64,000 nucleotides of DNA from assembly GCA_002269645.1 (NCBI GenBank), contig NIVC01000665.1, positions 346,033 through 410,032 on the forward strand, given 5' to 3'. Position numbers and translations under genes: made by a program. The stretch comes from Macrostomum lignano (lineage: Eukaryota). A model generated the notes under the pieces. That model saw only the letters and a program-made list of their open reading frames with translations. It was not told the origin of the DNA and searched no databases. This document shows positions 52,453 through 64,000 of this stretch, in pieces. The stretch's first letter is position 1; every line of letters starts with the position of its first letter.

Positions 52453-54098
52453 ATGTCTGAGAGCAGCAAAGGCGGAGGACTCACGATAGACGCGGCCGTG
52501 GAACAGATCGGCTTCGGCCGGTTTCAGATCGGCCTGGTGGCCGTCTGCGGCACCGTCCAAGCCGCGGACGCCATGGAGATGGTCCTGCTGTCGTTTCTCG
52601 GTCGCAGCGTGCAATGCCAGTGGCACCTGTCGTCTCAACAGATCGCCTGGCTGGCAACCTGCGTCTTCATCGGGACAATGATCGGAGCTCCGATTCTGGG
52701 AGCGATCTCCGATCGGTACGGCCGGTGGAACGCACTGCTGCTGAGCGCATGCCTTATCGCTTACTACGGAGCTCTGTCAGCCGCGTCGCCCAGTCTGCCT
52801 TGGATTCTCACTCTCCGAGGCTTCGTCGGGTTCGCCATCGGCGGCCTCATCCCGCTGACGTCGACCCTCACCGGCGAGTTTCTCCCAGTTAAATTCCGAG
52901 CATCATTCCTCATCGTCATGATGTCTTTCTGGACGCTGGGCGGCCTTTTCGAGGTCCTGATAGCCTGGCTGTCACTGGGCTCCGACGGCACCCTGAAACC
53001 CAACGGATGGCGGTTTATGTTGGCCGGCACCTCCGTGCCGCTGTTTCTCATCCTGCCGATGTTCTTCTGGCTGCCTCGGTCGCCCAGATTCCTGCTGGCA
53101 TCCGGCCGACCCGAAGAGGCCCTGACGCAGCTCAATCGAGCAGCCAGGAGCAACAAGAGGCCGGAACTGACGGGACCTCTCAGCAACACCGCGGCCAGGG
53201 GTGAGCGGGCCAGCCTGAAGGGCCTGTTCGCCAACCCGACCATGACCAGGTAAGTCGCAGATGCTGTCCTAAAAGCACTGATTGACCATTTCTGACCGAT
53301 GCTCAAAATGACAATTCCAGACTCACCCTATTGTCCATTGTGAACTGGATTGGAGGCGGATTCCTCTACTACGGCCTGGTGCTGCTGAGCACAGAGCTGC
53401 CTGGCCAGCCACACAGGTGCCTGCAGAACCTGCACCAGATGAGCGCGGCCTCGTCCGACAAGTCCAGCACCGAGTGCTGCCAGGCTTTGAGCAGCGAAGA
53501 TTATGCAACTGCCGCTTTCGCTACTCTCGGAGAGTTCTTTGGCTACCTGATCATCATTCTGTTCATTGATACCTGCGGCAGGCGGGCCGTGATCGCGTCC
53601 AATACGGGGGTGCTCAGCGTCCTGCTCGTCTGCATGCTGTTCTGCATGCCGCCGAAGCTGCTGGCCGTCTTGCTCTTCTTTGCGCGCAGCTGCGCAGCCT
53701 CCGCCTTCACGGCGATCTACATCTTCACGAACGAGGCCTACCCGACCACCATCCGCACTCTCGGCATGGGCGTCTGCTGCGCCGCTTCCCGCATCGGCGC
53801 CCTGCTGTCACCTTTTGTTGCTCAGGTGATGCTGCCCGACTACTCAGTGATGGCCGCAATGCTCACCTACGCCGGCATGGCTGTCGTGACCACCGTGTGC
53901 GTCCTCCTGATGCCGTTCGACACGAAGGGCCGGTCTCTGATGCAGACGGTTGAGGAGGTTGCCGAAGCGGCTTCCGCTGGGCAGCCGTCTTCAAAGCCAG
54001 CCGGCGAGCCGACTGAGGGTGACGGGCTGCGGATGACTGGCGATCCCAAGAAGTACAGCAGCGTGACTGGTGGGGACGCTCAGGAATCCCAGGGCTGA
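52453..54098 (+). CDS. SVOP: SVOP-like MFS transporter, copy 1 (intact). Exons 52453-53249, 53321-54098
   Basis: DAAVEQIGFGRFQ, ADAMEMVLLS, SDRYGR (motif A), PRSPRFLL, YYGLVLLSTEL, TNEAYPTTIRTLGMG, SRIGALLSPF, PFDTKGR. Confidence 0.88.
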
Positions 54099-55567
54099 GA
54101 AGCTGTAGGACATGCTTGCATGCACTCCTGACTCCTGGGTGCACGCGAATCTTTGTGCAAAATGCGAAATATCTAGATTGGTTAAAAGTGATCAGCAACA
54201 TCTTCGTGTTGCTATCTTCAAGGACCACTATTAGTTAGCCGGACACTTTGCTCTCAGATCGTGACTACGGAGGTTAGAATTCTATTATTTATGTGAAACG
54301 ATGAAAAGATTTGTGTCACAGGCTGCAGCAGCGCTAGGATTGCAAAGAATGTTACATCTGATGACTGTTAATTCATTTCTATAGTTCATGCTCGAATATA
54401 TTAACCTGGCAATTTCGAAGACACGTTTAAATATTTGCTATTGAGACACAAATCTTTTCATCAGGTAGGCTTTTCATGTCTTCCCGGTAGAAGAAACCTG
54501 TATTTTGCCAAGATATCAGAATGCAGCGTCTTTTACTAAATACCTAAGTCCCTGTGGAATTATTTGCCTTAGTCATGGTCCTGTTTGTTTTGCTTATTGT
54601 CTTTATTTATGTTCGATTATGACTTGAGTGTTTATGCTACTCACGCAATGTCTCAAGGCTTCACACACAGCTAGAATATATAGATAAGTTAAATATTTTT
54701 GTTTTACTTTTTAACGCTGTGTTGTTGCCTTCCCTGCACCGAAAATAATTTTGATAATCACTTGTCACTTCCTCCAGTAATTTGATGTTCAGATTCTATT
54801 AGACATAAATATTGGTGTTGTACGTTCTACGAGACATTGTAAAAAATGGTTATAACCTTTTCACAATTCGAAACGTTTGATAATCCGGCTGAACCACCTA
54901 TCAAAGCTGTCATAATATTTTTGTTGTAAGGCTCGTATTTCGTGTTAACTGCTGTGCCTTCTGTCATCAGATGCTGACTGGGTGCTCCCGAGCTGGAGGT
55001 AACCCAGCCAAATATAAGACCGTTCGCAGTGGCTGTCGATCACTCGGTGCAAGTCAGCCAGTTGCCTTTCAAACCGCATGTTGCATACGCTTAGCTCACT
55101 TTTGCTCACTTGAATTTGCATAAGCGATGCTTTAAGTCTATGTATATAAAGCTGACACAGAGAACGCACACAGCTGTCCTGCATCATTTGTCAGCCCCTT
55201 TCCGGGCTCGTATTGTTCAAGCAGAGAAAATTGACCCTAAGCCCCGTACATTGAGACTGAGCACTGGGTGAGCACACTGACTGTTTCTGTCTTTCCATCA
55301 CTCCTTCACCTTGCTACCCAAGCTTTCTTTCCAGCAAACATACGAATAAAAGCTTGCCTCAAGGCTTGTCGAGTGGCAAAACACCACCGCACGTTTTACT
55401 CGAGTCCGCTCTTGTCACATGGTGACATATTCTCGAGAATTGGATTCCACCTATTCTTCAACTAATTCGATTGCAACTTCACTTATCGGAGCAAATACCG
55501 ATTTGAAAACGGACAACAACTTAGGCGCATCAAAACATTTCTGTTTGGGCAAAGAGTTGGGCAGACG

Positions 55568-57230
55568 ATGTCTGCAAGCAAATGTGGAGGCGGCCTGACG
55601 GTAGACGCTGCCGTGGAGAAGATCGGCTTCGGATAGTTCCAAGTCGGTCTGGTGGCCGTCTGCGGCACCGTCCAGGCCGCGGACGCCATGGAGATGGTCC
55701 TGCTGTCCTTTCTCGGTCGCAGCGTGCAGTGCCAGTGGCACCTGTCGTCTCAACAGATCGCCTGGCTGGCAACCTGCGTCTTCATCGGAACAATAATCGG
55801 CGCTCCGATTCTGGGAGCGATCTCCGATCGGTACGGCCGGTGGAACGCACTGCTGCTGAGCGCATGCCTGATCGCCTACTACGGAGCTGTGTCAGCCGCG
55901 TCGCCCAGTCTGCCTTGGATTCTCACTCTCCGAGGCTTTGTCGGGTTCGCCATCGGCGGCCTCATCCCGCTGACTTCGACCCTCACCGGCGAATTCTTGA
56001 CGGCAAAATTCAGAGCAACATTTATAGTTTTAATGCTAACGTTTTAGACGCTTGGCGGCCTGCTCGAGGTCTTACTTGCGTGGCTGTTTCTCGGTTCTGA
56101 TGGAGCGCTGATACACGACGGATGGAGACGGGTGCTGGCTGCTACTTCGATTCCTTTGTTTCTTTCGTTGCCGATGTTTCTCTGGCTGCCTCGGTCACCC
56201 AGATTCCTGCTGGCATCCGGCCGACCCGAAGAGGCCCTGGCAGAGCTCAATCGAGTAGCCAGGTGTAACAAGAGTCAAGAACTGACGGGACCACTCACTG
56301 ATGTTGCTGCAAAAAAGAGCAGAGCTGATCTGAGAGGGCTGTTTGCGAATCGCACACTAACTAGGTAAGCGTTTGCTGATGATATAACTAATGGTGTTTG
56401 ATGTACAATGTGTGGCTTGATATCCAGAGAGTATTTCGAACTTCGCCCACAGGTTGACCCTGCTACTGCTTGTGTTTTGGTTTTGTGGAGGTTTCATGTA
56501 CTACGGAATGGTGCTGCTCACCACCGAGCTTCCAGGCCTGCCGCACAGGTGTTTGCAGGACTTAAGTCTCTACAGCAACGCCTCGGCCGGCAAATCCACC
56601 GTAGGATGCTGCCAGGCACTGCGCAACGCAGACTACGCAACGGCAGCCTTCGCCACTCTCGGAGAATTCTTTGGCTACCTCATCATAATCCTCTTCATAG
56701 ACGTCTGCGGCCGGCGCGCCGTGATGGCAGTGAACTCCTGCGTCACGTGTGTCCTGTTCGTCAGCATGCTGTTCTGCATGCCGCAGAAGCTGCTCACTGC
56801 GCTGCTGTTCTTCTGTCGTGGCTGCTCTCAGGCGGCGTTTATTACCGTTTTCGTCTACACAAACGAGGCCTACCCGACAACTATCCGCACTCTCGGCATG
56901 GGCGTCTGCTTTGCGGCTTCTCGCATCGGCGCCCTGCTGACGCCGTTCGTTGCCCAGGTGCTGCTTCCCGACTACTCAATGATGGCCGGGCTGTTCACCT
57001 ATGCAGCCGTTGCCCTCTTGGCTGCGGTGGTTGCTGTGCTTTTACCATTTGAAACGAAAGGCCGCCCTCTGTTCCAGACTGTTGAAGAGATCGAGGGGTC
57101 GGCAGTGAAAGCGGAGGCGAGAGGTGCAGCGGCTGCTAGCGAAGACGATGGTCTAATGATGGACGACGTGCGGAAAACCTACAGCAGTTTAGATGGCGCA
57201 GACGCGAATCAGTCTGAGCTCCCGAGATAG
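55568..57230 (+). pseudogene. SVOP: SVOP-like copy 2 with two in-frame TAG codons (55634-55636, 56045-56047), otherwise full length. Exons 55568-56365, 56453-57230
   Basis: Colinear with copies 1 and 3; TAG replaces CGG (Arg) and TGG (Trp); no frameshift seen. Confidence 0.8.
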
Positions 57231-59689
57231 TTCTCCGTGTCGAGGGCCAATCGGATCGCCCGTTCGATTTCTCCATTTAAAGTCCATGGTTTCCATACTG
57301 TTAGTTACTGCAAATCCCCGCTTCTTTTGCATGTATCAGATATTTATTGCTCACTGCGCTCGTACTTTGCTACACAGATATACGCTCATATTTAGGAAGG
57401 TCACAATATTCATAATATACGAAACGCAATTAACCTCGAAAGAAGCTTTATTTGAAAATATTTTAATTAAGAGTTATTCTCAGACGTCAAAGAGTAAACG
57501 TTCAGATGCTTTGATATTAAAACTCTAATTTTCTGTACTAAAATTAAACATATCAATGCCTTGATATGTTCATTCTCATCCCATTCAAATTCAAAGGCTT
57601 TCGTGTGTTTCATGGAGTGCATGGCGATACTATGATCAAGTGAGTTGGGAAGCGTTTGAAAGTTGAAGCGGGTGGCTGAAGCGTCGATTGCTGGTAAATC
57701 TGAACCTTGCTGTGACGTCAGCACGTTGTGACCCGCTCTTTCGAAACTACATCTCACTGTAAAGGTCAGCACCGACCTCATCTTGACCCCCAAGATTGTG
57801 TCATCTTGACCACGACTTGAGACCATGGGACCAAATGAGTAATAGTCATTTAAACTGGATGGCAAAAAGGTCTCATAAGTTATCGGCGTATTGAGTTATA
57901 TAGCGTCTTTTATAACTTTTCCAAATATTTGAATCAAAGTGGATACAGGGACCGCTAGAAGATTAGGTTATACAGGACGCGACACTCTTAATATTATGAA
58001 ATTGTTTCAATGCCCCCATGCTTGCGTGTCTGCTCGTATTTAGAGATCTTTGACTTCCAAAAATCATTCCATTTTGATTGTTTTAAAGAAACCTGCGCTA
58101 GCCTCAAGCTTTGTGCCACAGAAACTCCCAAATAGGTGTAGGAGCGTATGTATAATTTGCTAAGGTTTTTTAATCTACATATATTTTAAGTATTGTTGTC
58201 ATTTCATGCAACATTGATACTCGTTTAAAACTTGCTATGCCTGTATGTAGACATACTGCTACAAAACTGTAGTCTAAGAGCGTATAAGTAATCTAATTAA
58301 TAACAAAGCTATCATGTTAGAGATCAAACCTGTAGAAAACTTATCATTTCAAGTGCAACTGATCCGGAGTTAGGATTCGAATTTCGATATCCAGATCATG
58401 CGTCTTTTTTCTGTGTGATGTCAGCCGAAACCAGCAGATCCAATTAGAAGTAAATTAGTGAACCAACAGCTTACCAAGGACCTCTTGAGTAGTTCCTGCA
58501 GCTTTTTTGTTGTTTTTACAGATACAAGCTAATAAGCAAATGTGGTGTCCTGGTGTACTCGCAGATGTACCAATGGTGACGCAAAACAGAGTGATCAATG
58601 AATTATGTTGGAACTATTTCCCTTAGGTAGTTCATCACTCCTCTAGTAAAAATCAAGTCGCAAACTCGTCAAACTGTTGAAATATTCAACGTATTACTTG
58701 GTAAAAAAGGAGAAAAATGCTTGGAATTTCTACTGCTCTGAATATTTTCAGCAGTACAACGATACAACGATTATAACAAAACAAAGCTCTCTTTGTGAAT
58801 TACTAAATGAATTAAAATGGATCACTGCAGGATTAAGAGAATCCAGTAATGTAATGCTTAGGTCGGTGTAGGAAGCAGTGCGTGTTTACAGTAAATGTGA
58901 CAGTGAAACTTATTGTTGCCAAAAGCATTTGCAAACGTTGCTGAAAAACTTCATTAAGTGCTTTGCGTACCCAAATTTTACCGCTGTACAAAAAATTGCT
59001 TTGCTTCCATTGCCAGATAGATTTTTGTGAGCCTTGTCTCTGTTGCTAGTTCGGTCAAAATGCCGAGCTCTGCTGTGTATCTACAGAGAGGCTCACAGAC
59101 TCATTCCTTTTCATTGTCGCTATTCGAATACTAGCGAGTTTTCGGCCCTGTACGTTGACTTATTCGACACAATGAGAAGGCGCAGCACTATGTGGTCTTA
59201 AGCTCAAAACCCCCGCCTGCATTACTCTATTCTTTCCAAACCTCTCTCCATACAGTGCTGCACACATAAGTTGCCACAGCGTAAGCCAACAGAGATCTAA
59301 TTTTACAAAAACACGAGAATCTCTCCTGCACGCTCCCAGCCAAACGTGACGGAGACTGACGAACGCCTGAAACTGGATTTGTGTAAATGTAAGTGGGAGT
59401 CCTGAAGGCGCACATTTGAAAGTTTATTGATTTGTAGAACTACTAGTTCAAATAGGAAAAAAATTTACACACGGTCTCTCTTAATAAAATGAAGTAATTA
59501 AGTACGGTACATAATCATGTAAATGTAGAAGCTCATTGGATTTGAGTGTTTGCCGTTCTTTATTCTTAACGACGTCTGTTAGATGCAGTCAGTCAGCGTT
59601 TTGGCACAATGCCTCTTACGTTGTACAATGCTTAATCATTGGCTAGAGTTCAATCGGCGGTGTTAATCTTCCAGGTGAGAAGCTTTAGC

Positions 59690-61359
59690 ATGTCTGTCAG
59701 CAGCAATAGAGACGGCCTGACAATGGACGCGGCCATAGAGAAGATCGGATTTGGCCGGTTTCAGATCGGCCTGGTAGCCGTCTGCGGCACCGTTCAGGCC
59801 GCGGACTCCATGGAGATGATCCTGCTGTCGTTTCTCGGTCGGAGCGTGCAGTGCCAGTGGCACCTGGCGTCTCAACAGATCGCTCTGCTGGCAACCTGCG
59901 TCTTCATCGGAACAATTTTCGGTGCGCCAATCCTTGGGGCGATCTCCGATCGGTACGGCCGGTGGAACGCACTGCTGCTGAGCGCATGCCTGATCGCCTA
60001 CTACGGAGCTCTGTCAGCCGCGTCGCCCAACCTCACTTGGCTTTTAACGCTTCGGGGCTTCGTCGGGTTCGCCATCGGCGGCCTCATCCCGCTGACGTCG
60101 ACCCTCACCGGCGAATTCTTGCCAACAAAGTACAGAGCATTGTTTCTCATTGTGATGATGACGTTTTGGACGTTTGGCGGCTTGCTTGAGGTCTTCATCG
60201 CGTGGCTGCTTCTCGGTTCTGATGGGGTCCTCATACCAGACGGATGGAGACGGGTGCTGGCTGCTACTTCAATCCCGCTGTTTGCCATACTACCTTTGTT
60301 CTTCTGGCTGCCTCGATCGCCCAGATTCCTGCTGGCATCCGGTCGACCAGAAGAGGCCCTGGTCCAGCTGAATCGTGCGGCCAGGTGTAACGGGAGTCCG
60401 GAGCTGACGGGACCCCTCGCTTATTCCGCAACGAAGACTGGCAGAGCTGATTTCAACAGTTTGTTCGCGAATCGCACGCTAATCAGGTTAGCTTCCTTTC
60501 GGGCGCAACTTTGATAAATTTTAATAAGATAACAAGCTTTCAAATACGCTCACGAGCAGTGGCGTCTATTATCGACCCGCAGATTGACTTCGCTGCTTCT
60601 CTTGTTTTGGTTCTGCGGAGGGTTCCTCTACTATGGCCTGGTGCTGCTGACCACGGAGCTGCCCGGCCTGCCGCACAGGTGCCTGCAGAGCCCCGGACTG
60701 ATGAGCAAAGTCACAGCCGGCAAGTCCAGCTCCGAGTGCTGCCAGGCACTGCGCAGCGCAGACTATGAAACAGCCGCCCTGGCCACGCTGGGGGAGCTCT
60801 TCGGCTACCTGATCATCGTCATTTTCATTGACATAATCGGCAGACGCGCCGTGATGGCGGTGAACACGGCCTTGCTGAGCATCCTGCTGTTCTGCATGCT
60901 GTTCTGCATGCCGCAGCTGGCGCTCACGGCGCTATTGTTTCTCGCTCGCGCTGCTCATGCGCCGCATTCACGTCGATCTACATCTACACGAACGAGGCCT
61001 ACCCGACCACCATCCGCACTCTCGGCATGGGCGTCTGCTGCGCCGCTTCCCGCATCGGCGCCCTGCTCACGCCGTTCGTTGCTCAGGTGATGCTGCCCGA
61101 CTACTCAGTGAGGGCAGGCCTGCTGGTCTATGCCGCCGTGTCCATCCTGGCCACCGTAGCGGCCGCCTTCTTCCCGTTTGAAACAAAAGGACGCGCGCTG
61201 AGCCAGACTGTTGAGGAGACGGAGGCCGCAGCTGCCGAGCCGGAGGATTCCAGAAAGCCGGCTGGGGCTGCTGCCGCTACCGAAGATGCCGGCCTCATGA
61301 TGCGCGAGGTTCCCAAGACCTACAGCAGTTTGGGTGCCGCAAGTTCGCTTCGAGATTGA
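59690..61359 (+). CDS. SVOP: SVOP-like copy 3 with an apparent 1-nt deletion at ~60950. Exons 59690-60486, 60583-61359
   Basis: Same motifs and intron position as copy 1; adding one G (CGC G[G]C TGC) restores frame as in copy 2 (CGT GGC TGC). Confidence 0.82.
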
Positions 61360-61914
61360 AGATTTTGCTTTCAGGCCTTCAAACTCGTGAAAAAAAATTT
61401 GTGGGCTTATGAAGTTTCGAGATATTCGGTGCTGTGGATTCGACAATGTGTAGTTTTGAGCAGGTGAAAGGGAGCCTCCAAGAGAATTCAACTGCAGAAA
61501 ACAACTGCGCTTCTGTTGTATATTTTATAGTTACTATGAAGCGTTTGTCAGATATGATCAGGTAACCTGAATTGATTCCTGGCGGCCAAAACTAGCGCAT
61601 GGATGTCTGTATCTCCTTTGTTGAATTCATAACTTAACGGCAATAAAAACTTGTTCAGAAGCTGCTACGCATTGCCACTTCTTCAATGTGGCGATACAGT
61701 AATTGTTAAGCGGCTTCAAATTTCTCAAAACAGTTTTTCCAGAAGCCAATATGCAGAGCAAGAGCAGTCCGCTGGTCAACCAGTCATCAGAGGAGAAGCA
61801 TAAAAAGCCAAGGCTGAACAGTTCAAGACTGACAGTAAAAGTTCATATCAATAGTCCATCAGTTCGCATGATGACAATATTAGTAGCAGTAATATTGATA
61901 ATATTCAAACGCCG

Positions 61915-62672
61915 GAGGAGACACACTGGGGGGGACGCCGGAGGGAAACTCTTGGGGGACGCCGGAGGGGACACGCTGGGGGGGGACGCCGGAGGGGACA
62001 CGCTGGGGGGAACGCCGGAGGGGACACGCTGGGGGGGACGCCGGAGGGGACACGCTGAGGGGGAAACGCCGGGAGGGGGAAACGCCGGGAGGGGGAAACG
62101 CCGGAGGGGGGAAACGCCGGGAGGGGGGAAACGCCGGGAGGGGAAAACGCCGGAAGGGGGAAACGCCGGGAGGGGGAAACGCCAGGAGGGGGAAACGCCG
62201 GGAGGGGGAAACGCCGGGAGGGGGGAAACGCCGGGAGGGGGGAAACGCCGGGAGGGGGAAACGCCGGGAGGGGGAAACGCCGGGAGGGGGAAACGCCAGG
62301 AGGGGGGAAACGCCGGGAGGGGGAAACGCCAGGAGGGGGAAACGCCGGGAGGGGGAAACGCCAGGAGGGGGAAACGCCGGGAGGGGGAAACGCCGGGGGG
62401 GGGAAACGCCGGGAGGGGGGAAACGCCGGGAGGGGAAACGCCGGGAGGGGGAAACGCCGGGAGGGGAAACGCCGGGAGGGGGAAACGCCGGGAGGGGGGA
62501 AACGCCAGGAGGGGGAAACGCCGGGAGGGGGAAACGCCAGGAGGGGGGAAACGCCGGGAGGGGAAACGCCGGGAGGGGGAAACGCCCGGGAGGGGGAAAC
62601 GCCAGGAGGGGGAAACGCCGGGAGGGGGAAACGCCAGGAGGGGGAAACGCCGGGAGGGGGAAACGCCGGAAA
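61915..62672. repeat. G-rich minisatellite, ~16-18 bp unit GGGAGGGGGAAACGCC
   Basis: Tandem copies; explains the GETPGGGNAGR and PPPGVSP ORFs. Confidence 0.95.
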
Positions 62673-63426
62673 TCGTTTATGCACAGGCAGATTAAGCTCA
62701 GTGGTTAATGAGTCCGACTCTCAAGCCAAAGTACCAAGAAATGAAAAAACACGGCCTGACGTTTTGTTGCGCACTTTCTCAAACAAGAATCAAATCGCCA
62801 GCTCTCTGGACCGTCAAGATATTCAACAATTCCGCCAGAAGGTCGGATTTTTCACATAAGCGCCAGTGTGCAGCCTTGCCAAGCCTCCAAATTTCATCAG
62901 CAAGCCGACCAAACATTCTCTGATATTTGCCTGGTAATTTCTACCGCAATTAAACTGAATTTTGAAGTTAGCTTTTACTGCTGATTGATTTCTAATCGCT
63001 GCAAGAAAAAATGCAATAATTTTTCGCCTCTACTGCGGATCAATGCAAGTTTTGCAACAGCAATAAAAACTAAGTATAATTTGGGAATAAGCAGGAAGTT
63101 TTACAAAATTTTATTATACAGACGGAATATGTGACCGGAGCAATCTTGCTTGGTCCCAGCGGTAAAGTGCATCGCAGTGTTTGTTTGTTCGAATGGCGGT
63201 GGAGTGATACGATTGGAGACGAGAAATTTAATTTGTTTAAGCAAGCAATCAAATTTTAATTTGATAATGGAATTATTCAATGCGCGAATGTAAATTTATT
63301 ACAAGTGCATATCAGGGATTACCAATCTTGGTTACCTCGGAGTGTTTTTTAAAACTGCAACTCAGAACCACTTGAATAAAAAAAATAAACTCTGCTCAAT
63401 GTAAAGCGCGAGCTTCATCAGCCAAT

Positions 63427-63928
63427 CTAAACACCGGTCTTGCTCCTCAGTCTCACTGTGGTGTCGAACCCGGGACCACGGTGGCCGACAGCTTGATCGT
63501 CGCTCGCGCCCTGCCTGACCTTCTGCAGCTGGGCCTCGTACCTCTTCTGCAGAGACTCATTGACGCTTTCCAGCGCCTGCAGCTCCCGTCTGGTTGCCTG
63601 GGTGATATCGTGCGGTCATATTTGGCTTCAGGTGTTAGTTGTCAGCATTTTGTTAGTCTGATGTCAATAATTGATTTTGAAGTGGTTAATTACCATTCTG
63701 GATAAGAGTTCAGTTTCAACAACGAAATAACAGAATTAAATATGCAATTAAAGTTTGCTTTTGGAAAATTTTGCGACCAGCGATTACAAAAAAGCGCAGC
63801 GGGTTAATTAGCTAGTCAGTGGCATCGGCTTTTCTGGCCGTCTGGATGTTGAAATCGTTGACGTTTTCGCTGGCCACCTTGTCCTGTCTGCTGAACCCCG
63901 TCTCTCTGAAGATCGCATCGTGCAGCAG
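63427..63928 (-). CDS. 3' exons of a coiled-coil protein gene continuing beyond the window (63878-63928 tentative, 63427-63597)
   Basis: Acceptors TTCGCAG and CACCCAG; last exon ATRRELQALESVNESLQKRYEAQLQKVRQG...TGV* is heptad-like. Confidence 0.55.
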
Positions 63929-64000
63929 CTGCGAAGAGAGTCAAGGATGCTTTTGTGAGGGATTAGCGATGATTTTGTAACTGCTAGCTTGGGATTCGGG

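Noticed and set aside
61703-62695. 330-aa Gly/Arg-rich and 259-aa Pro-rich ORFs
   Set aside because: Translations of the G-rich minisatellite

Overview
Eukaryotic (metazoan) genomic DNA: GC/CpG-rich exons with GT-AG introns, most longer introns filled by a different minisatellite. The style suggests a free-living flatworm such as Macrostomum (inference only). Genes reconstructed by hand: ECM29/ECPAS (minus, 10 exons, first exon not found), IMP4 (plus, one -1 indel), a flavin-containing monooxygenase, an orphan secreted Arg/Lys-rich coiled-coil gene, eEF2 (6 exons, one GC-AG intron), a 3-exon orphan, three tandem SVOP-like MFS transporters (intact / two in-frame TAG / one -1 indel), and the 3' end of a coiled-coil gene. 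Mobile DNA: a CORE-type SINE, several MITE/foldback elements, a deleted mariner and non-LTR retrotransposon remnants, one with a 13-bp TSD. The most unusual item is a 297-bp element with terminal inverted repeats and a perfect 9-bp TSD that carries a 28S rRNA fragment spanning the R2/Pokey/I-PpoI target; a second decayed copy of its core lies 6 kb away. No CRISPR arrays, tRNA genes or complete rRNA genes were seen. All coordinates, counts and identities were read by eye; no searches were run.
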